This document shows positions 54,008 through 64,000 of a stretch of DNA of 64,000 nucleotides, piece after piece. The notes below the pieces were generated by a model. That model saw only the letters and a list, made by a program, of their open reading frames with translations. It was not told where the DNA came from and did no database searches. A program made the translations under genes and the position numbers. Each line of letters starts with the position of its first letter. The first letter of the stretch is position 1. This DNA is from Candidatus Gottesmanbacteria bacterium (GTDB lineage: Bacteria > Patescibacteriota > Microgenomatia > UBA10105 > UBA927), in contig CAWBPL010000002.1 in assembly GCA_963790805.1 (NCBI GenBank), positions 1,084,860-1,148,859 of the forward strand, given 5' to 3'.

Positions 54008-55741
54008 TTAATATTCCTCAAGCGTTGAGGTATCGCCTATCGGCTGACCCATTTCTTTGGCCTTGAGGATTCGCCTCATGATTTTGCCGCTTCTGGTTTT
54101 TGGAAGTTTATCGATAAATTCGATTTCTCTGGGATACGCGTGACCCGCCAGATGATGCTTTACATAATCGGCAAGCTCTGCTTTAAGCTTATCTGCGGCA
54201 GCCTGCTCGGCATATTTCTGCGGTTCTTTGAGTACTACAAATGCTTTAACGATTTCCCCCCGCATCGGATCGGGTTTTCCTATGACGCCGGCTTCGGCAA
54301 CCGCCGGATTTTCTACAAGAGCAGACTCCACTTCAAACGGACCGACACGTTCACCAGAGGTTTTGATAACGTCGTCAGCTCGTCCAATGAACCAGTAGTA
54401 CCCATCATCATCCTTCCACGCCCGATCACCGGATATATACCAATTGTTCATAAAATAGGATTTGTATTTTTCCTCATTTTGCCAAATGCCGACCATCATG
54501 GATGGCCAACCAGGCCGAAATGCTAAATTTCCCTCAGTTTTGTTCTGAATCTCGTTCCCGCTGTCATCAACGATAGCGGCTTCAATGCCCGGAAAAGGTC
54601 GGCCCATCGAACCAACTTTTATATCGGTACAGGGGAAGTTAACCATCATCATACCGGCGGTTTCCGTCTGCCACCATGTATCGTGAAACGCAAGCCCGAA
54701 TGCCTTGACGCCCCAGCGTATTGCCTCGGGGTTCAACGGTTCTCCGACGCTGCAAAGATGGCGAAGTGACGTTAGTCCGTATGATTTCACCAACTCTTCA
54801 CCCTTGGCCATAAGCATGCGTATGGCAGTTGGAGCAGTGTACCAAACTGTTACATTGTATTTTTTGATAAGCCCGTACCAGATATCGGGGTCAAATCTGC
54901 CGCCGTGGACTACCATCGTAATCCCTAACATCCAAGGAGCCAGTATGCCATATACCAGACCGGTCACCCAGCCGGGATCGGCCGTGCACCAATAAATATC
55001 ATCGGGTTTAAGGTCCAACACCCATTTAGCCGTCACGTATTCATGCAAAATCCCTTTCTGAATATGCATGACTCCTTTGGGCTTTCCTGTTGTACCAGAG
55101 GTATACAGTAAAAAAGAATAATCTTCCGGTTTGGTATGCACGCAACTAAACTTTTCCGATTGTTTGGCTATTGCGCCCAAAAATTCAGGTCCGTCAACAA
55201 TAACAATTTTTTTGAGATCCGGAAGCTTATCATGCGTCCCCTCCAGTCGCCTGGCAAGCTCGCTTGTTGTAAATAAGACTTTTGCTCCGCTATTGCCAAG
55301 ACGGTCAACGAGCGCCTGTTGCTGAAAGGCGCTAAACATTGTTCCGATCATAGCACCGCTTTTTAAACCACCCAGAACCGCAGCATAAAGGGCCGGAATC
55401 CTTGGCAAAAACATAAAAACCCGATCTCCGCGCTCGACGCCCAGCGAAACCAAATAATTGGCATATTGGTTTGACAGCCGCGCCATTTCTCCAAAGGTAT
55501 ATTTCGCCGTGGCCCCGTTGTCGCCTTCCCATAGGAGTGCAGTTTTTGATTCAATCGAAGTACCAGTGTGGCGGTCAATGGCATTGTAGGCAAGATTTAT
55601 ACCGCCGTCGTCAAACCACGTTAATTCAGTTTTGATTGAATCCCACGGGTTGCTTTTTTTTGCCTCGTCATAACTAGCTAAATTCGGTTTGACTGGCAAA
55701 GAAGAAACATCCTTACGGATATACTCGGTTGGTGCATCCAT
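54008..55741 (-). CDS. acsA: acetyl-CoA synthetase / AMP-forming acyl-CoA ligase
   Basis: LLYTSGTTGKPKG AMP-binding motif, YWCTADPGW, C-terminal SGKIMRR. Confidence 0.85.
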   Translation of the reverse strand: MDAPTEYIRKDVSSLPVKPNLASYDEAKKSNPWDSIKTELTWFDDGGINLAYNAIDRHTGTSIESKTALLWEGDNGATAKYTFGEMARLSNQYANYLVSLGVERGDRVFMFLPRIPALYAAVLGGLKSGAMIGTMFSAFQQQALVDRLGNSGAKVLFTTSELARRLEGTHDKLPDLKKIVIVDGPEFLGAIAKQSEKFSCVHTKPEDYSFLLYTSGTTGKPKGVMHIQKGILHEYVTAKWVLDLKPDDIYWCTADPGWVTGLVYGILAPWMLGITMVVHGGRFDPDIWYGLIKKYNVTVWYTAPTAIRMLMAKGEELVKSYGLTSLRHLCSVGEPLNPEAIRWGVKAFGLAFHDTWWQTETAGMMMVNFPCTDIKVGSMGRPFPGIEAAIVDDSGNEIQNKTEGNLAFRPGWPSMMVGIWQNEEKYKSYFMNNWYISGDRAWKDDDGYYWFIGRADDVIKTSGERVGPFEVESALVENPAVAEAGVIGKPDPMRGEIVKAFVVLKEPQKYAEQAAADKLKAELADYVKHHLAGHAYPREIEFIDKLPKTRSGKIMRRILKAKEMGQPIGDTSTLEEY

Positions 55742-55749
55742 AACGTTGG

Positions 55750-56856
55750 TTATTTGTTCCGGACGGTAAATTTTCCTTCAAGGCGCTTAAGATTTTCCAT
55801 AACGCCTGTATATTCAAGTTCGTCCATGCCGGCCATTGAGGGACCGTAAAATCCCTGCGCCCTCATTTCTAGAGTCTTTTTGCTCGCTTTTTCGCGAATA
55901 AGATCCCAGAATGGCTGATCAAAGTAGTCAACCGCTTCGGTAAGCTTTCCTTCATGGACACAATATCCTGCCGCTGACATAATGGTCGGTCCGTCAAAAT
56001 ACGAAATAATCGTATTTTGTTTCACGGGCATAACGGCAACATGATGGCTTCCCCTATTGTCTCCAAGCGTATAGTGAGCCAGCGCCCAAGGTGAGAGAAT
56101 TTCTCCCGTTGACGGGAACTGCTTCTGTGTTCGCACTATCGCAACCGGATCATCTTTGCCGACATATTTTCCTGCAATATTGTGAAGTCTGCTTGTCGAA
56201 GCGACCGATGCCAAAAGCCCTGTAGCATTTTCGACAACGCTCTCGATGACAAAATGGTTAGGATCTCGCAAGAGAGTGCATATGTCATAATAGTCCTGCG
56301 GAACTTTAAGCGTGATGACTTTATCAGCTTCGGTATAATCCACGTCCATAATGTTGTAGGTGAATCCTGCATTCATTTCGGGAGCAAGCAGCAGGCCTGC
56401 ATTATGGTATGGACTTGCAAAACATTCAAATAATGGATAGTTAAACACTCCAGGGCCGCACTTATCGCCCGCAAAAACGATGAACGGTTCTGCAGGACGT
56501 TCTTCAATTTCCATTTCCGCAGATCCCGGGCCCATTCCTCGAACGTTGCCAGAGAAGGCGTCTTTTAACAGGTCTTGGCCAGCGCCATAGAGTCCCTGTG
56601 CTTTTGCGATTTTTGTCGTTTCGACAAACGTATCCCACGCAAATTTGTGAATATCTGAATTATCAACGCCACGGGTATGAATCATAAGAAGCGCTATGTC
56701 ATCGCCGGTAAACGTTACACGCGCATCCATCAACAGGCCATTTTTCATACCGTCAGCGACTCTCTCCTTTGCTTTTGCGACCATGGCCTCGCTTGGCTTA
56801 TTGTGTCCGCCAACAGAACCTGTATCCGCTTTTATGACTGAAATCGTTGTTTTCAT
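55750..56856 (-). CDS. fbp: fructose-1,6-bisphosphate aldolase/phosphatase (class V, archaeal type)
   Basis: The N-terminus MKTTISVIKADTGSVGGH and the 368-aa length are characteristic of FBP A/P. Confidence 0.85.
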   Translation of the reverse strand: MKTTISVIKADTGSVGGHNKPSEAMVAKAKERVADGMKNGLLMDARVTFTGDDIALLMIHTRGVDNSDIHKFAWDTFVETTKIAKAQGLYGAGQDLLKDAFSGNVRGMGPGSAEMEIEERPAEPFIVFAGDKCGPGVFNYPLFECFASPYHNAGLLLAPEMNAGFTYNIMDVDYTEADKVITLKVPQDYYDICTLLRDPNHFVIESVVENATGLLASVASTSRLHNIAGKYVGKDDPVAIVRTQKQFPSTGEILSPWALAHYTLGDNRGSHHVAVMPVKQNTIISYFDGPTIMSAAGYCVHEGKLTEAVDYFDQPFWDLIREKASKKTLEMRAQGFYGPSMAGMDELEYTGVMENLKRLEGKFTVRNK

Positions 56857-57006
56857 AACAAACCTCCTTTAACAAATTCTATAAACGGGTTTCTTAATGA
56901 AATTACAGAAGAACTGCGCGAAGTTTTGGCTTAGGCAGGACTTCATGTACACTTCATACTCTACGGTATCATGGTTTTACCCTCTTATGCAATACCCAGA
57001 AATCAT

Positions 57007-58281
57007 TTACGGTTTTAAAAACAATTCTGACTCAATTTGTAATAAACGATTATATTTTCCGACTCTCTCACCACGTGCCGGTGCACCAAATTTTACGTAA
57101 TCGGATTGGACTGCGACGGCCAGGTCAGAAATAAATGTATCATTTGTTTCTCCGCTTCTATGGGAAACGATGCAGCGAATGTCGTTTTTCTTGGCAAGCG
57201 CAACGACTGACAAAAATTCCGTTAATGTTCCTATCTGGTTTGGTTTTAACAAAATTGCTGAGCAGGCTTTTTTTTCTATCGCCTGCGTGAGACGTTGGGG
57301 GTTGGTGGTGAGAAGATCGTCACCGACCAAGAGTGTTTCGCTTCCTAATTCCTTATTTATTTCCACCCACCCGTCCCAGTCATCTTCACCGAGCGGATCC
57401 TCGAGTATGAGCAACCGATAAATTTTATGAAGCTCCACGAGATATTTGATGAATTCATCCGTGCGGTATGCAACTGGACGGTCTTTTATCTGATAGCCGC
57501 GTTCATTTTTAAATGAGGTTGCCGCGACATCCAGTCCGAAAAAAACATCGACGCCGAAATGGTAGACGCTTCTTCGAATTGCTTCGCTGACTATTTCCAG
57601 AGGATCCATGTTTGTCGACAGATTTGGAGCAAACCCGCCCTCATCGCCGGTCGCGTGGACCGCACCGCGCTCAATTAATAATTTGCCCACCGCATGATAC
57701 AGTTCAACGCCTAATCTCAGTGCATCGTGAAAAGACTTATTGGAAGCCGGTACTATGTGATATTCCTGAAAATCCAAATTACCCCCGCCATGTTTGCCGC
57801 CGTTTATGACGTTAAATGTTGGCGTGGGAATCCGCGTCATGGGCGTTTCGCGGCCGCCGTTGGCCATAAGGTTCAGATACTTGTATAAGGGTAATCTCAG
57901 ATGATTTTTAGCTGCCACAGCTACAGCCAGCGAGATACTTAAAATGCTGTTGGCCCCTAACGATGATTTATTGGCCGTACCATCAAGATCAATCATGCAC
58001 GTATCGATTGCTTCCTGATTAGTGGCGTCAAGGCCTTTTAATTTTGGTCCAAGTATGTTTTGAACATTTGCGACTGCCTTTAGTACGCCCTTTCCCCCGT
58101 ATCGCTTTTCATCGTTATCACGAAGCTCGACTGCTTCGTATTTGCCGATTGAGGCTCCGGCTGGGACAGCTGCGGTGCCTCGGTAACCGCTGTTTAAAAT
58201 AACCGTCGTTTCAACTGTCGGATTGCCACGTGAGTCTAGAACTTCCCGTGCTGAAACTGAGTATATTTTAGAATCGGCCAT
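57007..58281 (-). CDS. eno: enolase
   Basis: SAREVLDSRGNPTVE, SHRSGETND, IKPNQIGT-type motifs. Confidence 0.95.
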   Translation of the reverse strand: MADSKIYSVSAREVLDSRGNPTVETTVILNSGYRGTAAVPAGASIGKYEAVELRDNDEKRYGGKGVLKAVANVQNILGPKLKGLDATNQEAIDTCMIDLDGTANKSSLGANSILSISLAVAVAAKNHLRLPLYKYLNLMANGGRETPMTRIPTPTFNVINGGKHGGGNLDFQEYHIVPASNKSFHDALRLGVELYHAVGKLLIERGAVHATGDEGGFAPNLSTNMDPLEIVSEAIRRSVYHFGVDVFFGLDVAATSFKNERGYQIKDRPVAYRTDEFIKYLVELHKIYRLLILEDPLGEDDWDGWVEINKELGSETLLVGDDLLTTNPQRLTQAIEKKACSAILLKPNQIGTLTEFLSVVALAKKNDIRCIVSHRSGETNDTFISDLAVAVQSDYVKFGAPARGERVGKYNRLLQIESELFLKP

Positions 58282-58289
58282 AGAACTCC

Positions 58290-60560
58290 TTATTTTTTGC
58301 TGACCAATTTTCGCTCGGCTTCATAAATTGTTTCCCGTACATGACTAATTGCGTCTGGATTAACGGAAACGCTCGTTATACCCCACGAGACAAGCTTCTC
58401 CACGAGTTCCGGATAATCAGATGGAGCCTGCCCGCACATAGAACAGGTTACCCCGCGTTTGGCACATGTTTTCACAACGTGTTCAAATGCCCATAATGTA
58501 GCGGGGTCCATTTCAGAAAAGTCGTGAGCAACTTCGCTGTTATCGCGATCCGTTCCAAGAATTAACATCGTTAAATCGTTGGAGCCGATTGATACGCCGT
58601 CAACGCCGACATCAAGAAAATCATTAAGACGGATGACGTTGGTCGGAATTTCGCACATAAGCCACAGTTTAAACGTGGAAGAGCGCGATAGCCCGTTGGC
58701 GGCAATAATTTTTTTCACGTCCATAAGCTCCTTGGGAGACCGTACGAACGGAATCATAAGATGAAGGTTGGTATGACCCATTTTATTGCGCACTTTTTTG
58801 ATCGCCTCAAGTTCCATATCGAAGACGCCGGAATCCGCAACGTAGCGCGCAGCGCCGCGAAACCCTAACATCGGGTTGGGTTCTTCCGGTTCAAACGCCT
58901 GCCCGCCTTTCAAATTTCTGTATTCATTTGTTTTAAAATCCGTCGCACGGTACACAACGGGTCTCGGTGAAAATGCCTTACAAAATATGGAAATTTTCTC
59001 GGCAAGCGTATCAATAAACACGTGTTCTTTATGATCTTGAATAAGCTTTTTTGGGTGCGTTCCTATATCGGCAATCATAAATTCCGCGCGCAGCAATCCC
59101 ACTCCATCAGCGTTCATTTTTGAAACTACTTCGGCTCTGCTTGGCTCTGCCAAATTCACGTAAACTTTCGTTGCCGTTTTCAAGTGCTCCTTCACAACAT
59201 GGTCCACGTTCGTTGGTGCTGCCTGAGAATGAACCGCACCCTTATATATTTCGCCTGTTGAACCGTTCACCGTTAACACCATGCCGTCTTTAAGCAATTT
59301 ACGTACATCCTTGGCTCCTACCACTGCGGGAATTCCAAGTTCCCTCGACACAATTGCGGCATGCGACGTTCGACCGCCTCGTTCAGTAATAATTGCGACA
59401 GCCCGTTTCATCGCTGGTACGAAATCCGGATTCGTCTGTTCGGCAACCAATATATCTCCTGATTCGATTTTGTGAATCTCTTTTGCCGAAGCAAGCATTT
59501 TGACCGGCCCAGTTGCCATACCAGGACTTGCAGGATCGCCTTTTGCGAATACCGCGGCCCCCACTGCCGTCTTAGTTTGAACACCAGCTTCTTTGCCAAT
59601 AGTCGTAACTGGGCGCGTTTGGACAATATAAACTTTTCCGTTTTCTATAGCCCACTCGCTGTCCTGTGGGAAATAATAGTGTTTTTCCAATTTTTTTCCG
59701 AGCTCAGCCAAGGCAAGGATTTCTTTATCGGATAATTTTGTTTTGCTCCCGCTCTCTTTCGATAAAGGTTCGATTTTATTGTCTCCTCCGCCCCTTCGCG
59801 TCATTATTTTTTCCTGCGTGTGAGGTTCATTCACTACAATAGAAAGCGATTTCTTATCAACCTCGTAGTGGTCCGGTGTCACCGCACCCTGAACAATCAT
59901 TTCGCCCAACCCGAAAATCGCTTCGATGGTGACGCGGCTTTTGTCGTTCGTTACGGGGTTTATAGTAAACATAATACCCGACTTTTCAGATTCAATCATC
60001 CGTTGGACTGGAATTGCGATCCCCACCTTAAAGTGATCAAATTTATTGGTAACCCGATAAAAAATTGCGCGTGCCGTAAAAAGTGACGCCCATGCTTCTT
60101 TTACCTTTTCAATAACATTTGCTTCCCCTCTGACGTTCAAAAATGTGGCTTGTTGACCGGCGAATGATGCACCCGGTAAATCTTCAGCTGTCGCTGACGA
60201 GCGAACTGCGACCGCGGCCGCGTGCATACTGCCGCCGCACAACTTAAAATATGCATTAATGATATCGCTTGCTATATCTTTGGGAAATTCCGATCGTGTG
60301 ATAATGTGTTGTACTTTCGACGCTGCTTTTTCCAGGGCATCGCTATCACCCACATTTAAACCATGAAGCGCATCTTCAATCTTACTTTTGATATGAGCGT
60401 CTTCCAAAAATGCACGATATGCATTAACGGTAACGACAAACCCATTGGGCACAGGAAACCCGGCTTGTGTCATTTCGCCGAGATTTGCTCCTTTGCCGCC
60501 TACCGTTTCACCATCGCCTTTATCAATATCTTTAAACCATGCAACGTATTTGTGAATCAT
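58290..60560 (-). CDS. ppsA: phosphoenolpyruvate synthase (pyruvate, water dikinase)
   Basis: N-terminal ATP-grasp VGGKGANLGEM, phosphohistidine region GGRTSHAAIVSRELGIPAV, C-terminal PEP-utilising TIM domain. Confidence 0.9.
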   Translation of the reverse strand: MIHKYVAWFKDIDKGDGETVGGKGANLGEMTQAGFPVPNGFVVTVNAYRAFLEDAHIKSKIEDALHGLNVGDSDALEKAASKVQHIITRSEFPKDIASDIINAYFKLCGGSMHAAAVAVRSSATAEDLPGASFAGQQATFLNVRGEANVIEKVKEAWASLFTARAIFYRVTNKFDHFKVGIAIPVQRMIESEKSGIMFTINPVTNDKSRVTIEAIFGLGEMIVQGAVTPDHYEVDKKSLSIVVNEPHTQEKIMTRRGGGDNKIEPLSKESGSKTKLSDKEILALAELGKKLEKHYYFPQDSEWAIENGKVYIVQTRPVTTIGKEAGVQTKTAVGAAVFAKGDPASPGMATGPVKMLASAKEIHKIESGDILVAEQTNPDFVPAMKRAVAIITERGGRTSHAAIVSRELGIPAVVGAKDVRKLLKDGMVLTVNGSTGEIYKGAVHSQAAPTNVDHVVKEHLKTATKVYVNLAEPSRAEVVSKMNADGVGLLRAEFMIADIGTHPKKLIQDHKEHVFIDTLAEKISIFCKAFSPRPVVYRATDFKTNEYRNLKGGQAFEPEEPNPMLGFRGAARYVADSGVFDMELEAIKKVRNKMGHTNLHLMIPFVRSPKELMDVKKIIAANGLSRSSTFKLWLMCEIPTNVIRLNDFLDVGVDGVSIGSNDLTMLILGTDRDNSEVAHDFSEMDPATLWAFEHVVKTCAKRGVTCSMCGQAPSDYPELVEKLVSWGITSVSVNPDAISHVRETIYEAERKLVSKK

Positions 60561-60733
60561 ATGTTTCTACCTCACGATAACCCATCAAGACAGTTTTATC
60601 TTACGATGTGCCTCCTTGGATATAAAAATAAGTACAGCATGCACGCATATACGCAATTGAGATGCTTGAAGATACACGAACGTGCATAAAACTAGTATGG
60701 AGAAAGTTGATGACTCTTGCAAGAGGGGAAATG

Positions 60734-61804
60734 TTATCGCGCAAGTTGTTCTTTAAAATAGCTTACCCACGGGATCGAAACCGGATCAGTGCCATAGAGC
60801 ATGGCCAAGTAAAACGTTGTATATCCTGAAAGCGTAAATGCCTCTAATACCTGCGCGAGCTTGGTTTTGCCAAGAAGTTTTACCGCGTGCGTGGCGACCT
60901 GCTGTTTTTTAACGACATCAGCCGTTATCATAAATCGCTTTTGGATTGAAGCATTGTAAAGGTCTGAAAGAAAAAATAAAAATAAACCATTTTGGTGGAT
61001 TGTATCCGGATGTTTAAGACCTTCCATAAGATGATGATTCAATTCCGAAATATAGCGGTAGTCAGAAATCATTTTTGCGGTTTCGTTTATTTGGTTGGCA
61101 AACCCGTTACCGAATCCCTTCAAAAATTCCGCTGTAATGATAAACGGATGTTTATCCTGTAAAAGTAATGCTAGCTCTTTAGCCGGATTTTTCTTCGCCG
61201 GAATTTCCGCGTGATAGTGTTTCCCAACGTTTCTTGCGAATTCTATGGCCTCCTTCACTTCCTGCGGTGCTATTTCGATAAGTCTAAGCGCTTGAAGAAG
61301 CCCCAAATGGCCCATCAAAAGATACCCTCCGCCGATACGCGGCTGACCGCATGGGTTGTATTTCGGGTTAAAAATGTAGGATGGTATGTTTTTCTCTTTC
61401 ATGAGCTCGCCGATTTTGCCACCCTGAACCACAGCCGTGAGACGCGCGCCGCGCTTCAGCGCATCTTGCGCACACGATACAACTTCCTCCGTTGTACCCG
61501 AAAATGACGATAAAATAACCAGCGTGTCCTTATCAACATATGAAGGAAGCGTGTAATCTTCAACTATCTCATATGGTTCTTTAATCCGATCCCGAAATAA
61601 TTCCTTAATGGTTTTTGGTGTAAATCGGGATCCGCCCATGCCGCATACGACGATGTTATATATATTCTTATAGCTTGCCGGAAACACGATCGCCGAACTT
61701 TCCGTCCATGCCTGCTGACACTGATCGGCAAATAAACCGGTCGACCCCAGCACATTCGACGGATCCAGTGTTTTCATGCCCACAACGTCATCGAGTATGT
61801 TCAT
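60734..61804 (-). CDS. bifunctional phosphoglucose/phosphomannose isomerase (SIS domains)
   Basis: CGMGGS and SFSGTTEE SIS motifs. 356 aa. Coupled to the PMM/PGM gene. Confidence 0.75.
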   Translation of the reverse strand: MNILDDVVGMKTLDPSNVLGSTGLFADQCQQAWTESSAIVFPASYKNIYNIVVCGMGGSRFTPKTIKELFRDRIKEPYEIVEDYTLPSYVDKDTLVILSSFSGTTEEVVSCAQDALKRGARLTAVVQGGKIGELMKEKNIPSYIFNPKYNPCGQPRIGGGYLLMGHLGLLQALRLIEIAPQEVKEAIEFARNVGKHYHAEIPAKKNPAKELALLLQDKHPFIITAEFLKGFGNGFANQINETAKMISDYRYISELNHHLMEGLKHPDTIHQNGLFLFFLSDLYNASIQKRFMITADVVKKQQVATHAVKLLGKTKLAQVLEAFTLSGYTTFYLAMLYGTDPVSIPWVSYFKEQLAR

Positions 61805-63162
61805 TTAATCTTTCCTCCTAATGACTCGAGAATGGAAATAATTTTTTGTGTTTTGCTGTCCAGAAGCTCCTTTGTGTCTGCCTCAACGTTAAGGCGCAAA
61901 AGAGGTTCTGTTTTTGACGCGCGCAGATTGACCCAAAAATCCTTATACCAAATACTCAGCCCGTCCAGTTCGTCAAACGACTGTGCATCAGCAAATGCGT
62001 TTCGAATAGTTTCCATGGCTTTCGGAATATCGTTCAGTTCAAAGTTGATTTCTCCGCTTGCGGGATAAACATCGAGTTCATGGACAATGTCGGAAAATTT
62101 TCTCCCGTCATTCGAAATCAAAGATAAGACCATGAGCGCTGTTAACACGCCGCTTTCCGAATTAAAGAAGTCCCGGTGATAATAGTGGCCGGAATGTTCA
62201 CCGGCAAAAACCGCGTGGTATTGGCGCATGTAATTTTTCATAAAACTGTGACCGACGCGTACGCGAACTGGTTTCCCTCCATATTTTTTAATCGTTTCTG
62301 GAACTATCCGTCCGCAAACGGCGCTGTAGAGTACGTATTCTCCTGTATGGCTTTGAAGTATATGTTTCGCAAGAAGAGCGGTTATAATGGTCCCAGATAC
62401 AAACCGGCCGGTATTATCCACGAAAAAGACACGGTCGGCATCCCCGTCAAATGTCAGTCCGATATCTGCTCCCGTCGAAACAATTTTTTTTATCAGATCT
62501 TTGTTATTGGATTCAATAAGCGGATTGGGCACGTGATTGGGAAATCTCCCGTCTAAATCAAAATATAAGGTTGTTAATTTGAACGGCAGTTTTTCAAATA
62601 TGAGCGGCACGAGCTTTCCTGCCATCCCGTTTCCGGCATCAACGACAACAGTAAGCGGTTTAAATGTTTTGGGGTCGATAAACGATAATACTTTCTTTTT
62701 CCATTCATCAAAAACATCGATTTTTGTTATGGTTCCTTTTGTTTGAGCCGCGGGAAGCGGTCCTTTGGCTATAAAATCTCGAATCTCTTTGAGTCCGCTA
62801 TCCCCGCTTACTGCGATCGGTCCGCGAAGCACGATTTTAAGACCATTATAGTTCGGCGGATTGTGTGAAGCCGAAATCATAATCGACATGTCATATGGTC
62901 TGGTTCCCGAAATAAAATATGATATCTCCGTGCCCGTGAGTCCGGCATCAAAAACGTCAACTCCCGACTCTACAAATCCCTTTGCCAGCCCGTCACGGAT
63001 TTCATCGCTTGAAAGACGCATATCTCGGCATATGGCAACCGTTTTCGGGTGAAACTTCCGCACGATAGCGTATGCTATGGCGGTTGCAACAGCTCCATTT
63101 AATTGTTGAGGATACGTACCCCGTACGTCGTAATCTTTAAATATTGATAGATCGATATCCAT
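61801..63162 (-). CDS. phosphomannomutase/phosphoglucomutase
   Basis: Active-site SASHNPPNYNG, metal site FDGDADR, sugar-binding GEHSGH. Confidence 0.9.
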   Translation of the reverse strand: MDIDLSIFKDYDVRGTYPQQLNGAVATAIAYAIVRKFHPKTVAICRDMRLSSDEIRDGLAKGFVESGVDVFDAGLTGTEISYFISGTRPYDMSIMISASHNPPNYNGLKIVLRGPIAVSGDSGLKEIRDFIAKGPLPAAQTKGTITKIDVFDEWKKKVLSFIDPKTFKPLTVVVDAGNGMAGKLVPLIFEKLPFKLTTLYFDLDGRFPNHVPNPLIESNNKDLIKKIVSTGADIGLTFDGDADRVFFVDNTGRFVSGTIITALLAKHILQSHTGEYVLYSAVCGRIVPETIKKYGGKPVRVRVGHSFMKNYMRQYHAVFAGEHSGHYYHRDFFNSESGVLTALMVLSLISNDGRKFSDIVHELDVYPASGEINFELNDIPKAMETIRNAFADAQSFDELDGLSIWYKDFWVNLRASKTEPLLRLNVEADTKELLDSKTQKIISILESLGGKIK

Positions 63163-63165
63163 ACC

Positions 63166-63855
63166 TTAAAGCCGAGATAAAAACAATGCTAATTGTTGTT
63201 TTGTGGTGAATGCTGTAAGTCCCGAACGCGAGTTTACTTCCATATCATGCAGCATCGCATAAAGATCCACAAGTTGTTCCATCGTAAAAGACTTCGTCTG
63301 GTTTGTCAAACGATTCATTTGCCAGCTTGAGACGCCGATTGGAGTAACATTGTTCTTTATTTCGATGAGTTGCCGCACGCGTTTTACAAGCATGGAGAAA
63401 ATTAATTCCGGCGCTTCACTTTTAGTAAGTTGTTTAAACAGCTGAAGTTCACGAGAAGCGTTTCCATGAAGAAAATTATCGAGGAATTGAAATATAAGCA
63501 CGGGAAGTTTAAATAAACGTATGCGTACAGAATCTCCGAGCATTTTAATGATCGTCGCGCCGATTTCTTTGTCCTCCCATAAAACAATATCACTCGTTTT
63601 TGCGCTGAGTTTAAGGTGGGAAATAAGTGCTTCGGCGCGCTTTGTTTGTTTCCCGAGTTTGCCGAATAATTGTTCTATGATGACAACGGTGGTATTGCCG
63701 AAAAGAGACGATGATTCGATAGACTGGACGAGTGCTGTTTCATCAATAGTTTTTCCGTCAATCAAACGAACCTCTTTATCTTTCGATTCGTTTCTTATGC
63801 GCTGGAGTTCTTTTCGTGATGCGTCGATGTGATCGCCGTGAAGAAGCGTAATCAT
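63166..63855 (-). CDS. holA: DNA polymerase III delta subunit-like protein (short)
   Basis: The N-terminal pattern LLHGD......SSSLFG...VVII resembles HolA. 229 aa. Confidence 0.5.
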   Translation of the reverse strand: MITLLHGDHIDASRKELQRIRNESKDKEVRLIDGKTIDETALVQSIESSSLFGNTTVVIIEQLFGKLGKQTKRAEALISHLKLSAKTSDIVLWEDKEIGATIIKMLGDSVRIRLFKLPVLIFQFLDNFLHGNASRELQLFKQLTKSEAPELIFSMLVKRVRQLIEIKNNVTPIGVSSWQMNRLTNQTKSFTMEQLVDLYAMLHDMEVNSRSGLTAFTTKQQLALFLSRL

Positions 63856-64000
63856 ACAGTAATCAGTTTTTGCGTTTTTATAAGCATGGGTTTATTGGTA
63901 TTCACATAACCGATGGTTAAGATCGCTTTGTCAAACGTCACAAAGCGCGCGCCATGAATTCCCTCTGACTTCTGGCAAACGATTTTTTCACGGCCAAATG
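63852..64000 (-). CDS. hypothetical protein, 3' end only (5' end outside window)
   Basis: Frame is open from the window edge (..FGREKIVCQKSEGIHGARFVTFDKAILTIGYVNTNKPMLIKTQKLITV*). Its TGA overlaps the holA-like ATG (ATGA). Not in the supplied ORF track because it is under 60 aa. Confidence 0.5.
   Translation of the reverse strand, partial: FGREKIVCQKSEGIHGARFVTFDKAILTIGYVNTNKPMLIKTQKLITV

Overview
This 64-kb window comes from a small-genome bacterium. Its gene content (archaeal-type FBP aldolase/phosphatase, bifunctional PGI/PMI, compact housekeeping proteins, tRNAs mostly without encoded CCA) resembles Patescibacteria/CPR; that placement is inference only. Backbone genes: an ECF transporter, aspartate kinase, polyprenyl synthase, MacAB-like efflux genes, secG, yvcK, a uvrB-uvrA-(transglutaminase-like)-uvrC string divergent from lexA, rsmI, acs, and a gluconeogenic block (FBP A/P, eno, ppsA, PGI/PMI, PMM). 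There are 11 tRNA genes plus tRNA fragments. Accessory content, in order of my interest: (1) 27.9-31.3 kb, a three-gene cassette on the minus strand: a small Cys-rich ORF with three DCACP modules, a radical-SAM enzyme with an N-terminal extension and a twitch/SPASM-like C-terminus, and an unrecognisable 447-aa partner. This is a candidate new RiPP-type system. (2) 23.1-25.9 kb, two convergent, 3'-overlapping paralogs of an uncharacterised PP-loop-like/Cys-cluster family, sandwiched between tRNA-Leu genes. (3) about 9.4-22.7 kb, an AT-rich island. It carries an intact surface-glycan cargo operon (Wzm/Wzt-like ABC exporter, GT4, QueC-like ATP pyrophosphatase, PLP decarboxylase, methyltransferase) headed by a 58-nt (AGTG)n tract. 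It also carries a decayed conjugative/mobilisable element (frameshifted DUF2958, replication-relaxation and T4 coupling-protein genes) and an intact large serine recombinase whose ORF ends inside tRNA-Leu(TAA). (4) A nucleosidase-like gene paired with an ATPase-wHTH gene next to a tRNA cluster. Smaller observations: a uvrA homopolymer frameshift, palindromic operator candidates, tRNA scars and duplications, and noncanonical tRNA elbows. No rRNA and no CRISPR array were seen. All family assignments rest on motifs read by eye; no database search was run.
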